Assembly: GCA_043228905.1 (NCBI GenBank)
Contig: JBHGNT010000005.1
Span: 16,554,001 to 16,618,000, forward strand
Length of the DNA stretch: 64,000 bases
DNA from: Azolla caroliniana
Taxonomy: Eukaryota; Plantae; Polypodiophyta
Direction of reading: 5' to 3'
The notes beneath the pieces were generated by a model, which saw only the letters and a list, made by a program, of their open reading frames with translations, ran no database searches and was not told the origin of the DNA. How positions within the stretch are numbered: the first letter of the stretch is position 1; every line of letters begins with the position of its first letter. Positions 1 to 15,300 of this stretch are shown here, in pieces. The position numbers and the translations under genes are program-made.

Positions 1-457
1 AGATTCAACATGCAAGGCGCAAGGCCGATCGGCTTGACACTGCTGACAAACTGCAAGTTGAACGGAGGCCAATGTCCGAAATCGGAGAAGGAGAAAGATG
101 AGATGAACAAAGTATCGTATGCCTTAACCGTAGGAAGCTTGATGTACACAATGGTCTGCACCAAGCCAGACATCGCATATGTAGTTAGATGTTGGGAAAT
201 CGGTCCCTCTAGATAGGATCCGGTTATGAATGAAGAGGACCCGATGAGAACCGGAAGAGATCTGGAAACCGGATCGAATGGACCCTGTGAGAACCGGAAG
301 TGAAGACATATTTGTAAATATGTTTTGAGTAAGCCTATTGAGGCTATATTTGTAAATAGCCCAAAGTTCATATAAGTATAAATATGACTTAGGGCAATCA
401 CTTTGAATGTTGTGGTCATATTGTTGTATGTGCATAACTGCTGTACAGAGAGCGATT

Positions 458-575
<118 letters not shown>

Positions 576-1783
576 GAGTGATACTTTGTTGTAACCGCCG
601 GCTGGCGAAGATACAGAGCTCGAGGTCATTGCCTCTGAGTCTCTGATTGTACCTTTCTCATATAATGATAGTTTGGAGTCCGTCAGCTCCCGTGGTTTTT
701 CCCTATTTGGGTTTTCCACGTAAACATCCTGTGTATTTCCTTTGTGTACTCTCTACTTCCCATTTCTGTGTTTCATTCTCATTGAAGTGATTCAAGACTC
801 GGTTATGGCCGAGCAATATTCCATGCTATTCTCATCAAACTAGTATTAGAGCGAACAACACATGAAATGGAAGAATCGTTCGGCGGCATGTTCAAGCTCA
901 CCGGCTCCAACTACTCAGTGTGGAAGTCAAAGATGAGGGATATGCTGGTGGTTAAAGACCTTTGGTTGTCGGTTCAGTTCGGGACAAGAGACCGGACAAG
1001 ATCGACGCCATGGTGTGGGAGGTGATGCACATGAAGACTATGGCATATATCTGGCGCTTCATCGACATGAGCCTGTACAACAACTTTAATGAAGAGAGCA
1101 AGGCTCATGAACTCTAGGAGAAGATCGACATCATGTTCCAGAACAAGAATGCTGTTAATCGGGTTTTGGTATTCCGGAAGTTAGTGAGGCTCCGGTACCA
1201 GGACGACTCAAGTATGATAGAGCACATGCATTCCTTCTAGGGACTGATTCACCAGGCAACCTCGTTGGAAGTACCTCTCGCCGATGAGGTATTCACATTA
1301 CTCCTGCTTGGTTCCCTCCCGGACAGCTGGGAGACGTTAGTTGTCACGTTGGGCAATGCCAGGCCGGAAGGAAAGCAGTTTTCCCTAGCAAGGGTAAAAT
1401 CAAGCTTGCTAGATGAAGAAGCTCGTTGGTAGGACCGGGAGTGAAGGCCTTAGTCACAGAAGATGACCACAATCGGGGAAGAGGACGGTATCGGAGTTCC
1501 CAAAACCGGGACTAATCGGGGACGAGGTCGAAGTCAAGGGGGAGGCCTACTTGCTTCTATTGTGGGAAGCCGGGGCACTTCTAGAAGAACTGTCGGCATT
1601 TCTAGAAAGAGAAAGAAACCGACACTACCGATTCGAAGAAGAATTCAGATCGAAATGGTTCGGACCGGATCGAAAAGGAACGTCGGCGATCACGACAAGT
1701 GAAGAAGAAACTGATGGTCATTATTGAAGAGAATGAGTTAAACCTTGTCGGCGATAAGACAACATGGGTTGTCGATTCCAGAG

Positions 1784-4700
1784 TGTCGAATACAAGTGTA
1801 TAATGGACGTATTCACACTATCTCTTTGTATAGATCAAGTTTGGGCCATTTGTGTAATTAGCATAAATGGTAGTTGCCCTAAGTCGGTCCCTATATAAAG
1901 TGACCTTGTAACCTTTTTGTAAGGTTGGTTGTATTATTGTCTTATGGAATAAGAAAAGACTCTTTGTGTGTGTGTGTGTGTCTCTCTCTCTCTCTCTCTG
2001 TGCGCGATCTTGGAAACTGTCATACGCAGGTATTCAACCCTAATCGAATGGTATTTGATCTTCCGCATTGACGGCCTTGTTCCCAACATCTGGTATCAGA
2101 GCCTGCACAGTATTCGGTCCTTCAATCCGCCGTCGGCCGTCGTCTCAGCCTGCACAGCATTCGGTTTCCTACGTCATTCGAAGAAGAGAGAAGAAGAAAA
2201 ACGAGGCTTGCATCTCATCGCGTTAGATCATCTTCGCTTGGAGTAAGCCAACCGGCTGTACTCTGTTCCCTGTGATCGTAACCGCTCGAGGTGAAATCCC
2301 CTTGTGCAACACTGACACGATCGTGCTCCACTCGGTTAAACGGCATCCGAAGAGGTCATCAAACGCTGCTCGCCGCTCATTGTAACCACTCGGTGCAGAT
2401 CGGTCTCAAGACAACAACCCCAATTCGTGCTTCATCTGGCTGATCGACATTCGGGAGGATCAGTTGGATCCGTCTCTCTCGTCGCTGTAGTCACCCGAAG
2501 CAGAATCGGTCCAGACAATTGGTTTCAATAATCGATATTTGGCATATATATTCGGAAGCGAACCGGGCTCACTCCGACTCGGCAACATTCGGGAAGACCA
2601 GTCGGTTCTGTCCCTCAAGATACCGGAGTCAATTCGAGCAAGTTCAACAATACATATATCCGAAGCCGAACCGACTCGGGTTCAAATCCGACTAGAACGA
2701 TATCGGGTGAGCCAATCGGCTGCACTCCAACGAGGTTCATAGTCGACTCCGAACTGAGCTTCGTCAACCGAAACCAAATTTGATGGCATCCACATCCGGC
2801 TCGTTAGAAATGAGTCTACGAAAGTTCGATGGATCGAACTTCAACTTCTGGAAGGAGCAAATGCAGGACTATCTCATAGTCAAGGGGCAAATCGATCCCA
2901 TCGAAAATGAAGAACCTCCAGAAGGATACAAACCAATTGAGTGGCAGAAGCTGGACAGAATCGTCTGCGCCACGATTCGGATGCACCTATCGGAATCGGT
3001 ATACTTTACGGTGCAATCGTGTACGACAGCATTCGAACTGTGGAAAACACTGTCGGACACTTACGAAAAGAAGGTCGCTGCAACAAAGATGTTTCTGATC
3101 CGGCGCCTCTACAACTTGCGGATGAAAGAATCCAATTCGGTTCAAGCACATCTCAATGAGTACGAAAGCATAAGCTCCCAAATCTCATCTCAGGGGACGG
3201 CAATCGAGGATGAACTCAGAGCAATGATACTCATGACCAGCCTTCCCTCATCATGGGAAACTTTCGTCACAACCGTGTGCAACGCGTCAACCACGGCTGT
3301 TAAATACTCCGAAGTCACGAGCGCAATCCTGACCGAAGCAGCTCGGAGAAAGTCTTTCGCCAAAGACTCAACAGACGACGCTTATGTAGTACAAGGTTCG
3401 ATAGACCGATCGAACATACGAGGAAGAGATTCCTCACGGTAGCCGAACAATCAGCGAAGACGGAGCCAGTCACGGGATAATCGAATCTGCAACTATTGCA
3501 AGAAACCCGGACACATCAAAGCCGACTGCCGCGCACTCAAGAACAAGAACGACAAGTCTCAGAAATCAGACAAGAAGAGTGGCCGGCATGAGGAGATCAA
3601 TTACGTCAGCTTCTCAGCCGATGTACTACCAAACGACCCGAATATACTATCAATCGAAAATCCAGTCGGATTAGAAGTTCTGCTCACGACTGAAGAATCG
3701 AGCACATGGCTCTTAGATTCGGGCGCGTCATTTCACGTGACTCCTCATCGATCCCAATTTCGGCAATATACGATCCGTCACTCCGACTCAGTTCGAGTCG
3801 GCAACTCGCAACACTGTGACATCATTGGAATCGGCACAGTAGAGCTCAACCTTGCAGGTGGCTCTACACTTGTACTTCACAATGTCCGACATGTACCCGA
3901 GCTCTCAAGGCCATTGATCTCAGTCGGACAACTAGATGAAGACGGCATTCGTGCCGGTTTTTCTTCGGGAGGGTGGACACTCCACAGGGGGAACCTCCTG
4001 CTTGCTAGAGGACCCAAGATACACTCACTGTATCCGTTACATGTTACGCTCAGAGAGGGTAACTTGTTTTTGGTGGATATACCTGTGTCATCACTATGGC
4101 ACAGAAGATTAGGACACCTCAGCAAGGCCGGCATTACGCACCTATCTAGAGCCGGATACATCCCTAAACTCTCCTTCTCGAACCATCAATTCTGCGAACA
4201 TTGCCAGTATGGCAAACAAGCAGCCGCATCACACCCGACATCAGCACCAAGAGAAACGAGACCTCTCGATTTAGTCCACTCGGACGTCTGTGGCCCAATG
4301 CCGCATCAGTCTCTCGGCGGTGCCTCTTACTTCGTCATTTTTATTGACGATTCGACTCGCAAGGTGTGGGCTTAACCAATTCGCACCAAAGATCGTGTCT
4401 TCTCGATCTTCTCCGATTGGCTCGCTATGGTAGAAAATCAAACTGACCGAAAACTGAAATGCTTTCGGACCGACAATGGGGGAGAGTTCAAATCAAAAGA
4501 ATTCGTCAAATTCTGCCAACAACGCGGCATCCGACGTGAATTTACGGCACCACACAGTCCGGAGCAAAACGGGATTGCAGAACGCATGAATCGGACAATC
4601 CAAGAACGGATAGTTTCCATGCTCCAACACTCCGGACTGTCGGATGGCTTCTGGGCAGAGGCTCTACTCACGGCAGTACACATAATCAATATGTCGCCAA

Positions 4701-7310
4701 GCAGACCTCTAGGACTTCAAATTCCTCAGGAACTATGGATCGGCAGTAAGCCGAATTACGACAAGCTGAGGATCTTCGGATGCGAGGCGTACGCCCTTAT
4801 TCCGAAAGATGATCGCCGAAAACTTGCACCTCGGTCCAGGAAATGCATTTTTCTTGGATATGGATCAGACGGCGAAATGGGATACTGACTCTGGGACCCC
4901 GAACGCAGACAAATCGTTCGAAGTTCGGACGTTGTGTTCAACGAGTCGGCTATGAATCCATCAGTCGAAAAACCGATCGAAGTCCGAAGGGTAACATTTT
5001 CCGATGTGCCGACCCTTCAAGAAGGCCCCGCTCTTAACACACGGTCAGCTTCACGGGTAGCTGAACCTTACACTACCGACTCGGACAACTCTGACTCGGT
5101 ACAGCCGAATGATTTGCTTTCGGACCATCCGACCTCGATACCCGATGCGACCAGTCCAATCATACCTCGACGATCCGAGAGACTGTCGCAACCACCGGAG
5201 AGGTATTCTCCTGGAATTTTCTTCACCGACGCCGGCGAACCGACGTCTTACGAAGAAGCATCGACATCTGTCGATTCAGCCACCTGGCATCTGGCGATGG
5301 AGTCGGAAATGCACTCCATTCGGGCAAACAAGACTTGGGATCTGGTCGAACTACCTAAGAATCGACGTGCTCTTCCTTGCAAGTGGGTTTATCGACTAAA
5401 AGAGACGTCTGATTCGACCACCCCAAAGTACAAGGCCAGATTAGTTGCGAAGGGCTTCCGACAAGAATATGGCGTCGACTTCGACGAGATTTTTTCACCA
5501 GTGGTGAAAATGACAACCCTTCGTTTTCTACTCGGCGTAGTGGCAGCCGACAACCTGGAGCTGATTCAGCTAGATGTCAAAACAGCCTTCCTCCATGGTG
5601 ATCTTGAAGAGGAAATTTATATGGAGCAGCCAAAAGGCTTCGTGGCAACTGGCCAAGAACATCTAGTCTGCCGACTCAGGAAGAGTCTATACGGCCTCAA
5701 ACAGGCACCGCGACAATGGTACAAGAAGTTCGATGACTTCATCCAATCGATCGGCTTCTCAAAAAGCGATGAGGACCATTGTCTTTTTACCAACATAGCT
5801 CAAGATGGATCACCCATCTTCCTCATCATTTACGTGGACGACATGCTAATTTCTGGACGCCACGCGGGCGAACTTGCCGATCTCATTCGGCAACTGCGGT
5901 TGAAGTTTGCCATGAAGGACCTCGGTCCGGCTCGACACATACTCGGCATGAAGATTAGTCGGCATCGCGATAAACGACATCTTTTTTTGTCTCAGACCGA
6001 CTATATCAGACGTGTCTTGGAACGCTTCAACATGCAATCAGCCAAATCTGCTTCAACCCCGCTCCCCATGAATCTTCGGCTCTCTCAGCGAGACTGCCCG
6101 ACATCCGGTCCGGAGGGGGAAGATATGAAGTCGGTACCGTATGCACCAGCAGTCGGCTCCCTTATGTACCTGATGGTCGCGACACGGCCTGATATTTCTC
6201 ATGCCGTAGGAGTCGTTAGCAGATTTATGCACAATCCCGGCCGATCGCATTGGAACGCAGTCAAGCATGTGTTCAAATATCTGGCTGGCACAAAAGACCA
6301 CGGCATTCTTTTCAGTCCGAACTCAACCGCAGGCGTAGTCGGTTACACCGACTCGGACTTCGCCGGCTGTATAGACAGTCGGAAATCAACAACTGGATAC
6401 TGCTTCAAATTCGGCAATGGAGCAATCTCGTGGAAGTCGAAACTTCAGGAGTGCACAGCGACCTCAACGACCGAAGCAGAATATGTAGCTGCGTCCGACG
6501 CTGCAAAAGAAGCTTTGTGGCTCGGCCGGCTGGCGCACACGTTTCGACAAGTCGACCATGACTCGGCCCCAGTTGTCTATAGCGACAGTCAAGGTGCTGT
6601 TGCCTTGTCGAAAAATCCGGTTCACCACAACGCCTCCAAACATATCAACGTTCGATATCACTTTGTTCGGGACTGCGTCATTTCAGGGAAAATCGGTCTA
6701 GAGAAAATATCCACAACCGACAATGTCGCAGATGGAATGACCAAGTGTCTTTCGGCAGACCGCTTTCGGTCCCTTCGGCATCAGATGGGCGTAACGACGA
6801 ACCAGTCCGGCTAGAGCCAGACACAGCGCAGGATGGTTTCCGACAACCGACATCAGTTCCTTAATGATCGGCTTCAACTCTTCCGACCCGACCAGTCCGG
6901 TCTTCTGCCTTCGGACCCTGCCGACTCGAACAAAACTGATATGTCTGAGAACCTAGGTTTATACCTGTAATCTTAGATAACCCATGTATACGCCCATTAC
7001 GGGGGAGTGTCGAATACAAGTGTATAATGGACGTATTCACACTATCTCTTTGTATAGATCAAGTTTGGGCCATTTGTGTAATTAGCATAAATGGTAGTTG
7101 CCCTAAGTCAGTCCCTATATAAAGTGACCTTGTAACCTTTTTGTAAGGTTGGTTGTATTATTGTCTTATGGAATAAGAAAAGACTCTTTGTGTGTGTGTG
7201 TGTGTCTCTCTCTCTCTCTCTGTGCGCGATCTTGGAAACTGTCATACGCAGGTATTCAACCCTAATCGAATGGTATTTGATCTTCCGCATTGACGGCCTT
7301 GTTCCCAACA
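1784..7310 (+). mobile_element. Ty1/copia element C, young full-length copy nested in B
   Basis: LTRs 1784-2088 and 7008-7310 (TGTCGAA...CCCAACA) are nearly identical. PBS TGGTATCAGAGC at 2091-2102, PPT GGGGGAG at 7001-7007, TSD CAGAG. Confidence 0.97.
2783..6814 (+). pseudogene. copia gag-pol polyprotein with three in-frame nonsense codons
   Basis: Same frame throughout as the intact 49507-53538 copy, but with stops at ~3440 (TAG), ~4373 (TAA) and ~4886 (TGA). Contains zinc knuckle, DSGA protease, integrase, YVDD RT and RNase H motifs. Confidence 0.95.
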
Positions 7311-10300
7311 CAGAGCATCGTTCCACCTGTCATAGGTCTGGAAATGCTTCTCAGCCTACACAGTCGGTGATCATGGTTGTGTCCGGATGGGGAATGAAGG
7401 TACATGCCAAATTATTGGCACATGAGATGTGTTGTTGACGACATCAACCAGATGCAAGTTGCTGCTGAAGGATGTCTGACATGTTCCGGAGGTTCGACTG
7501 AACCTGATATCAGTTGGTCGGCTGGATGATGAAGGCTACACGGGTAGCATCTGGAACGGAGTTATGAAGTTCAGCAAAGGGAGCCTAATAGTGGCTCAAG
7601 CCTGGAAGGTCAACACACTGTACTTGATGCATGCCCCGATATGCCGGGAAGAATTGAACGTCGCATTCGACACTGCCGGTGAGTTGTGGCACAAAAGACT
7701 GTGTCACATGAGTGAGAAGGGGATGAAGAGGCTTGCCGAAGACAACCTCACTTCGGTGAAGGACATGCAACTTGAGAAGTGCACCGATTGCTTCGCCGGC
7801 AAGCAAAACCAAACCTCTTTCTGGTCAAGACCACCGATGAGACGGAATACACCACTGGAGCTTGTGCATGCCGACGTGTCAAGTGGACACGAAGTCACAT
7901 GCCGGATCATAGTACTTCATGACGTTCATAGATGACCACATCTGAAAGTTGTGGGTCTCACCACTGAAGACGACGGATCAAGTATTACCCGTCTTCAAGG
8001 AGCTCCACGCGAGAGTGGAAAGAGAAACCGGCCGGAAGCTGAAGCCGGTTTGAGTGGACAACGGAGGAAAATACCGGGGCCAGTTCGAGGAGTAGTGCCG
8101 GTTGAAGGGAATCCGGCTCGAATTTACCGTGCTGAAGAGGCCGGAACTAAACGGGCTAGCCGAAATGATGAAACAAACCATAATGGAGAGATTCCGGAGC
8201 ATGGTTGCACATGCCAAGTTACCCAAGACATTTTGGGCTGAGGCGCTGACGACGGCGACCTATGTGATAAACAAATCACCCTCAGTACCCTTGGACAGAG
8301 ACACACCGCAAAGAGTATGGACCGGTAAGGACGTGTCCTACCGGCATGTAAAGGTGTTCGGATGTCTCGCTTACGTGCATGTGGCGATGGACAAGAGAAC
8401 AAAGATGTATCGGAAGTTCCGACCATGCATATTCCTTGGATATGGCGATGATGAGTTCGGTTACCGGGTGTGGGATCTGGTCAACAAGAAGGTGTTCCAG
8501 AGTCGGGACATAGTCTTCATAGAAGACAGGACCATTGCCGACTGGGAGTCGGAGAAGAAGGTGATGAACTCCGGATCATCCAATGAAAACCAGCCTGAGG
8601 ACACAAGGATATACCCGGTTGAAAACCGGATGTTAGCCGGTAACCGGATGACACTTGACGAACTAGCCGGATACGGACAAGAAACCGAATCGAACGAAGA
8701 AGAAGAAGACACCGAATACAGACAAGATCCCGTATCAGATTCAGATGAGGAACAAATGGAGGAACTAGTAGTGAGAAACCAAGGATAGAGATATCCTCTC
8801 CGAGAGAGAAGAGCCCCCCAAAGATTTCCGGATGCAAAGCTTTTTTTGTTAACTGATGAGGGGGAGCTGGAAAGCTTCGAAGAAGCAAAGAGAGACACCC
8901 ACAACCGCAAGTGGTTGAGTGCCATGTAGGACGAGATGGATTCCCTACATGAGAACCACACATATGAACTGGCGGAGTTGCTGATAGGGAAGAGAGCACT
9001 CCGGAACAAGCGGGTGTACAAACTCAAACCGAGAGATGCCGGAAATCCACCAAGGTATAAGGGCTGAATCATGGTGAAGGTCTTCCAACTGAAGAAAGGA
9101 GTGGATTTCGATGAGATCTTTACCCCGGTAGTAAAGATGACATCCATCCGGACGGTATTGGGCATAGCGGCAAGCATGGACCTCGAGGTAGAGCAACTGG
9201 ACATCAAGAAGACATTCCTACATGGCGACCTCGAAGAAGAAATCTACATGCAGCAACTGGAAGGATTTGAGAGGAAAGGGAAGGAGCACCTGGTGTGCCG
9301 GTTGAAGAAGAACCTATACAGATTGAAGCAAGCTCCCCGACAATGGTATCGGAAGTTTGACTCCTTCATGACTGACTAAGGGTACCAGAAGACGCAGGAC
9401 GATCATTGCGTGTTTGTGAAAAAATTTGACGGAGGAGATTTCCTGATACTCCTCCCATAAGTGGATGATATGTTGATCGTCGGACGAGACCAAGGCAAGA
9501 TTTGGATGCTGAAGAAGGCTCTGAACCAGAACTTCTCAATGAAAGACTTGGGTCCGGTAAGACAGATATTGGGAATGCACATCATCCATGACCGGTCGAA
9601 GAAGCTGTTGTGGTTGTCACAGGAGAAGTACGTGACAAAGGTGCTTCAACGATTCAACATGTCGGAGGTGAAGCCGGTACGATCGACACTTCTGTCAAAC
9701 TGCAAGCTATCCGGAAAACAAAGTCTGAGGACAAAGGCGGAGAAGACGGATATGATGAAGATACCATATGCGTCGACCGTCGTAAGCTTGATGTACGCAA
9801 TGGTATGTACCCGACCGGATATCGTATATGTAGTCGGAGTGGTAAGCCGGTTCATGAGCAATCCCGAAAGACAACATTGGAACGCGGTCAAGTGGTTACT
9901 CCGGTATTTGAAAGGCACCTCAAGTATGTGCCTCCAGTTCGGCTCCGGTAATCCCCAACTTGATGGATTGACAGATTCGGATATGTTGGCTGATGCAGAT
10001 ACTAGCCGGTCTACATCTGGATATGTCATGACTTATGCAAGGGGAGTTGTTTCATGGGAATCAAGGTTGCAGAAGACGGTTGCATTGTCAACCACGGAGG
10101 CGGAGTACATGGCAGTTGTGGAAGCCGGCAAGGAGATATTCTGGATGAAGGACTTCATCGGAGAGCTAGGGATCCAACATGAGGAATACTGACTCTACTG
10201 CGACAGTCAAAGTGTCATCCACTTTGCAAAGAATGCGGCCTACGATTCCTGGATGAAACATATCCAGCGGAGGTACCATTGGATCCATGAGAGAGTAAAA

Positions 10301-12333
10301 GATCAAGAGTTCGTGTTGACGAAGATCCACCCGGAGGAGAACGGGTTGGATATGTTGACCAAGGTGTTGACGACCGACAAGCTGAACGCGTGGTGAAAGC
10401 GGATCGGGCTAACGAGACATCCCTGGGGGAGATTGTTGGGAAATCAGTCCCTCTGGATGGGATCCGGTTATGAATGAAGAGGACCCGGTGAGAACCGGAA
10501 GAGATCCGGAAACCGGATCGGATGGACCCGGTGAGAACCGGAAGTGAAGACATATTTGTAAATATGTTTTGAGTAAGCCTATTGAGGCTATATTTGTAAA
10601 TAGTCCAAAGTTCATATAAGTATAAATATGACTTAGGGCAATCACTTTGAATGTTGTGGTCATATTGTTGTATGTGCATAACTGTTGTACAGAGAGCGAT
10701 CGAGAGAGAGAGATACAGAACGATACTCTGTTGTAACCACTGGCTGGTGAAGATACAGAGCTCGAGGTCCTTGCCTCTGAGTCTCTGATTGTACCTTTCT
10801 CATATAATGATAGTTTGGAGTCCGTCAGCTCCCGTGGTTTTTCCCTATTTGGGTTTTCCACGTAAACATCCTGTGTATTTCCTTTGTGTACTCTCTACTT
10901 CCCATTTCTGTGTTTCATTCTCATTGAAGTGATTCAAGACTCGGTTGTGGCCGAGCAATATTCCGTGCTATTCTCATCAGTTAGAGTCATTATTCGATTT
11001 ATGAGTAATCCCGAAAAAGAGCATTGGGCTGCGATAAAATGGATATTTCGATATCTGAAAGGCACCTGCAGTGTGTGTCTTCAATTTAGCTCAAAAAACC
11101 CCATGTTGGATGGTTTCACGGATTCAGACATGTCAGTTGATGCAAATACGACTTGTGGCAATTGAGGTTGCAAAAGGCCATGGCGTTGTCAACCATGGAA
11201 GCCGAGTACATGGTTGTTGTAGAAGCTAGTAAGCATTCGATATGAGGAATTCTGACTCTACTGCAACAACCAAAGTGCCATCCACCTTGCGAAGAATGCC
11301 GCCTACCACTCGAGGACCAAGCCCATCCAGAGGAGATACCATTGGCTCCGGGAGCGAGTGGAAAAAAACGAGTTTGCTTTAGTGAAGATCCACACGAATG
11401 ACTACATATCGGATATGCTGACGAAGGTGATACTAGCAGAGAAGTTGAATGCATGCCGAAAAAGTGTTTGAGTAGTGAAGTACCCCATACCGGAGTGAAG
11501 GGGGAGTTTTTTGGGAAACAGGTCCATCCGAATGGGAAGAGCACGAGCCGGATCAGATGGAGTGGATAGGTAACTCGGGCGAGGCGGAAAAATTGACTAA
11601 CCCATAACCGATCGATAATCGATTTCGGCTAATAGCCAAATCGGCCGAATCCAACTGAGCTATATTTGTAAATAGTCATATATGTATATGAGTGTAAATA
11701 TAGTTAGGGCAAGTAGTTATGAAAAAAATCTTTATTGTAAAATGTTATTGTGTGTGGTTGCCTTTATAACTAGAGTGAGAGAGTTGTAACTCTGTAACCG
11801 TCTGTAGACAAAGAAGAACTTGAGGTTGTTGCCTCAGAGTCTCTTATTGTTTTCCTCTCGATATAGTGATATTGTTCAAAGTCTGTGGGCTACTGTGTTT
11901 TTTCCCATTTCAGGGTTTCCACTTTAATACCTTGTGTCTCTGTGTTCATGCATCATCTTACGTTATTTTAGTTTTTTCTGTCTTTCTCGTTTATGCTTGG
12001 TAATCGGTTGTGGCCGAACCCATATTCAACATGAATTACTTCTATACCTAGAAAGTAATGGAGCTCCTTCATATCTTTCATTTCAAATCGACTAGAGAGA
12101 AGCTTTTTGATATGATTGATATCGACAATGTATTCTACTCCAATGACCAAGTCATCCACATATATTATGATAAAAAGTTCTCCTTTCGAGGCGTTAAATC
12201 GATGAAGATACTGTGTGATCTTTGAATGTCAAGCTCTAGGTGGTTGCTTGAGGCCGTAGAGGTGCTTCTTGAGTCGGCAAACCGTTTGCGGGTGTGTGCC
12301 TGACTTGAAACCGGGTGGTTGTACCATGTACAC

Positions 12334-15300
12334 TGTTGGCATAAAAGGCCGACTCCTTCCAACGTGTATCCGTCCGAGTGTGAACTCGTCCACATAGTTA
12401 GGGCTTAGTATATAATCAATAACCTAACGTTGTAAAGGCGAATGAAACAAATTGTATCAAGTCTCTGAGTGAGAGAGAGAGAGAAAACTTAATAAAGTTT
12501 TCCATTAAAGCTCGTTTCTATGTAAGTCTCTACCTTTCTCCCTTTCTGTGTTGTTTTCCGTTCAACAAACAGGTTCTAATACGCTTCTGCATACACACAC
12601 ACCTACCAACTTTCCACAACTGGTATTAGAGCAACCTTGTTGTTCGGCGGCAATAGAACACAAAAGAAGCTCAAAAGAAAAAGACGAGGTCAGTAAAAAT
12701 CTCACTTTTCATAGAAGAATATGGTTTCAACATCCGGAACAGGAGTTGAAATCAAAAAGTTCGATGGCAAAAATTGTGCACTTTGGAAGGAGATGATGCA
12801 GGATGTTCTCATCATCAGAAGACAAGTTGAAGCTATTCAACACAGCGAAAGACCTGCTTCAATGACATCCGAAGAGTGGAAATCGATGGAGGAAATTGCA
12901 CACTCCACCATCTGAATGCATCTAGCTGAAAACGTCTACTTGAACATGGCAAAAGAGACGACAACGTTCTCACTATGGGAAAAGTTACAAGCCGTTTATG
13001 AGAAGAAGTCCTCATCTTCGAAACTGATTTTGATCAAATAACTTTTTAACATAAAGATGAGAGAAACCGATCCGGCTACCTCCCACATCAACACCTTCAA
13101 ATGGGTGTTGTCAGAACTCTGCTCACAAGGGATCAATTTCGAAGAAGATGTGAAAGCCCTTGCCCTCTTATCGAGCTTGCCGGCGAATTGGGAGGTATTC
13201 TGCATGACATACGCCAATAGTTAACCGATCCTAAATATGGATGAGACAATCGGTCAAGTCCTCACCAAGGACATTTAGAGAAAATCGATGGGACTTACCA
13301 TCGATGAATTGGTAGAAACCCATCACTCGACCAAGTCGTTTGACCGACATCGGTCGAAGTCGAGAACAGGCCGATCAGGCGAATTTTGCACACACTGCAA
13401 AAAAGTTTCCGACTGTTGGTCAATCAAGAGGAAAGATAGTGGTTGGCGATCTGAGCGGAATCGAGGAAGACCCAACTCGGACCACTCTCAGTCGGCAATC
13501 AAATCAACGTTGCTGACACTCGATCAGGAGAAGTTCTCTCCTTATAGAATTCAGTGATCGGAGAAGTCCTCTACAATGTACATGATGCACACACGTGGCT
13601 ACTGGATTCCGGTGCCACATTCCATGTGATCCCCAACATTGAATGGTTTTTGGACTATTTATCTGACGCCAGCAACACATTCCATCTAGGCAACAGGCAA
13701 GAGTGCAGAATTGCAAGGACTGGAGAGGTTCCCATCCGATTTCCATATGGCAACACAATAACCCTGCACCGAGTTCGGCTGTACCTAATCTGAAAAGGAG
13801 TCTGGTCTCCATCGGAATGTTAGCCGAAAACGGGTACAAAACGACTCTAAGTGAGTTAGTATGGATGATGAACCGAGGAAACTTGAAGATAGGAGGCGGG
13901 CACAAGTACAACAACCTATACCCATTAATGGCGATCAATCCCGAAGGGGCCGTGAAGGTAGCTGAAAAGACCGATCCAAACTTATGGCATGACCGACTCG
14001 GTCACATGTTTGAAGCCGGACTTGATCGGCTGCTGGCGGTAGGCTACATCCCGAAACTCCAAGCAAAGACGGACTTCTGTCAGCACTGTCAATATGGGAA
14101 ACAGACCCAAAGTCCGCACACTCTCCACTACGAGACGGTACGACAACCCCTAGAGCTCGTGCACACAGATATATGTGGGCCCATGCCAGAGAGATCACTA
14201 GGAAGTTCCCGGTACTTCATCACCTTTGTAGATGAATGTACACGGAAGGTTTGGGCCTACTTGATCAGGTCCAAAGATGAAGCACTCGAGGTCTTCACTC
14301 GGTGGATATCTAAAGTGGAGAACCGGTTGGGACACAGAGTGAAGACACTCAGATCCGACAACGGAGGTGACTACACCTCCAGAGCCTTCAAACAATACAT
14401 GTCGAACAAAGGGATCTGACATCAAAAAACCGTTCCCTACACACTAATGCAAAATGGAGTGGCAGAACGGATCAACAGAACAAATCCACGAGAGGGTGAC
14501 GACAATGCTTCAGCAAGCCGGAATGAAGTTGGAATTCTAGGCAGAAGCATTGTAGACAACAGTATACTTGATAAATCTAGCGTTGTCAAGAGCAATTAGG
14601 CTCGTAGTGCCACATGCACTATGGTCAGGCAAACAACCGACCTACGATAGGCTCTGTATATTCGGATGCGAAGCCTACGCGTTCATCCCTAGGGATAAAA
14701 GGACAAATCTGGCACCCCATGCAACGAAATGCATATTTCTCGGTTATGGAACCAATGGGGAATTTGGCTATAGGCTATGGGACCCTGAGAACCGGAAACT
14801 AATCCGGAGTAGTGACGTAGTCTTCAATGAAGACTTTATCTTCTCTCAGTGGAACCAATAGAAAACTGTTGGTAAAAAGGTATCCTTCCAGGGCGACAAA
14901 GACGTCGTAGAAGGACCGACCCACCGGGCCAACTCGGAGATTCGACAAACAGTCGAACTCGAACAAGCAAACAACATACCTACCGACTCCGAATCGGTAG
15001 GAAGTCCATTAGTCGAACTCGAAGACAAAGCCATCAACGACAGAGCCGATTCGACAAGAGTCGAAGCAGGCAATATCAACAAGATGCGAGTAGGAAACAT
15101 AATCAAGTCGAGAAAGTCCCTAGGGGAGGACAACATGACACCACCAAAATACCGACTTGGGGCAGGTCACCTAATAAGACTCCTAACACAAATGGTTCAA
15201 CAAATACAGATCGCCCAACTGAGTTGATCAAAGAATCCGAACGACTTATCTCAGCACCCAGGAGATCTGGACGAGCTCGAAGGCCAACAGAGTTCTTTCA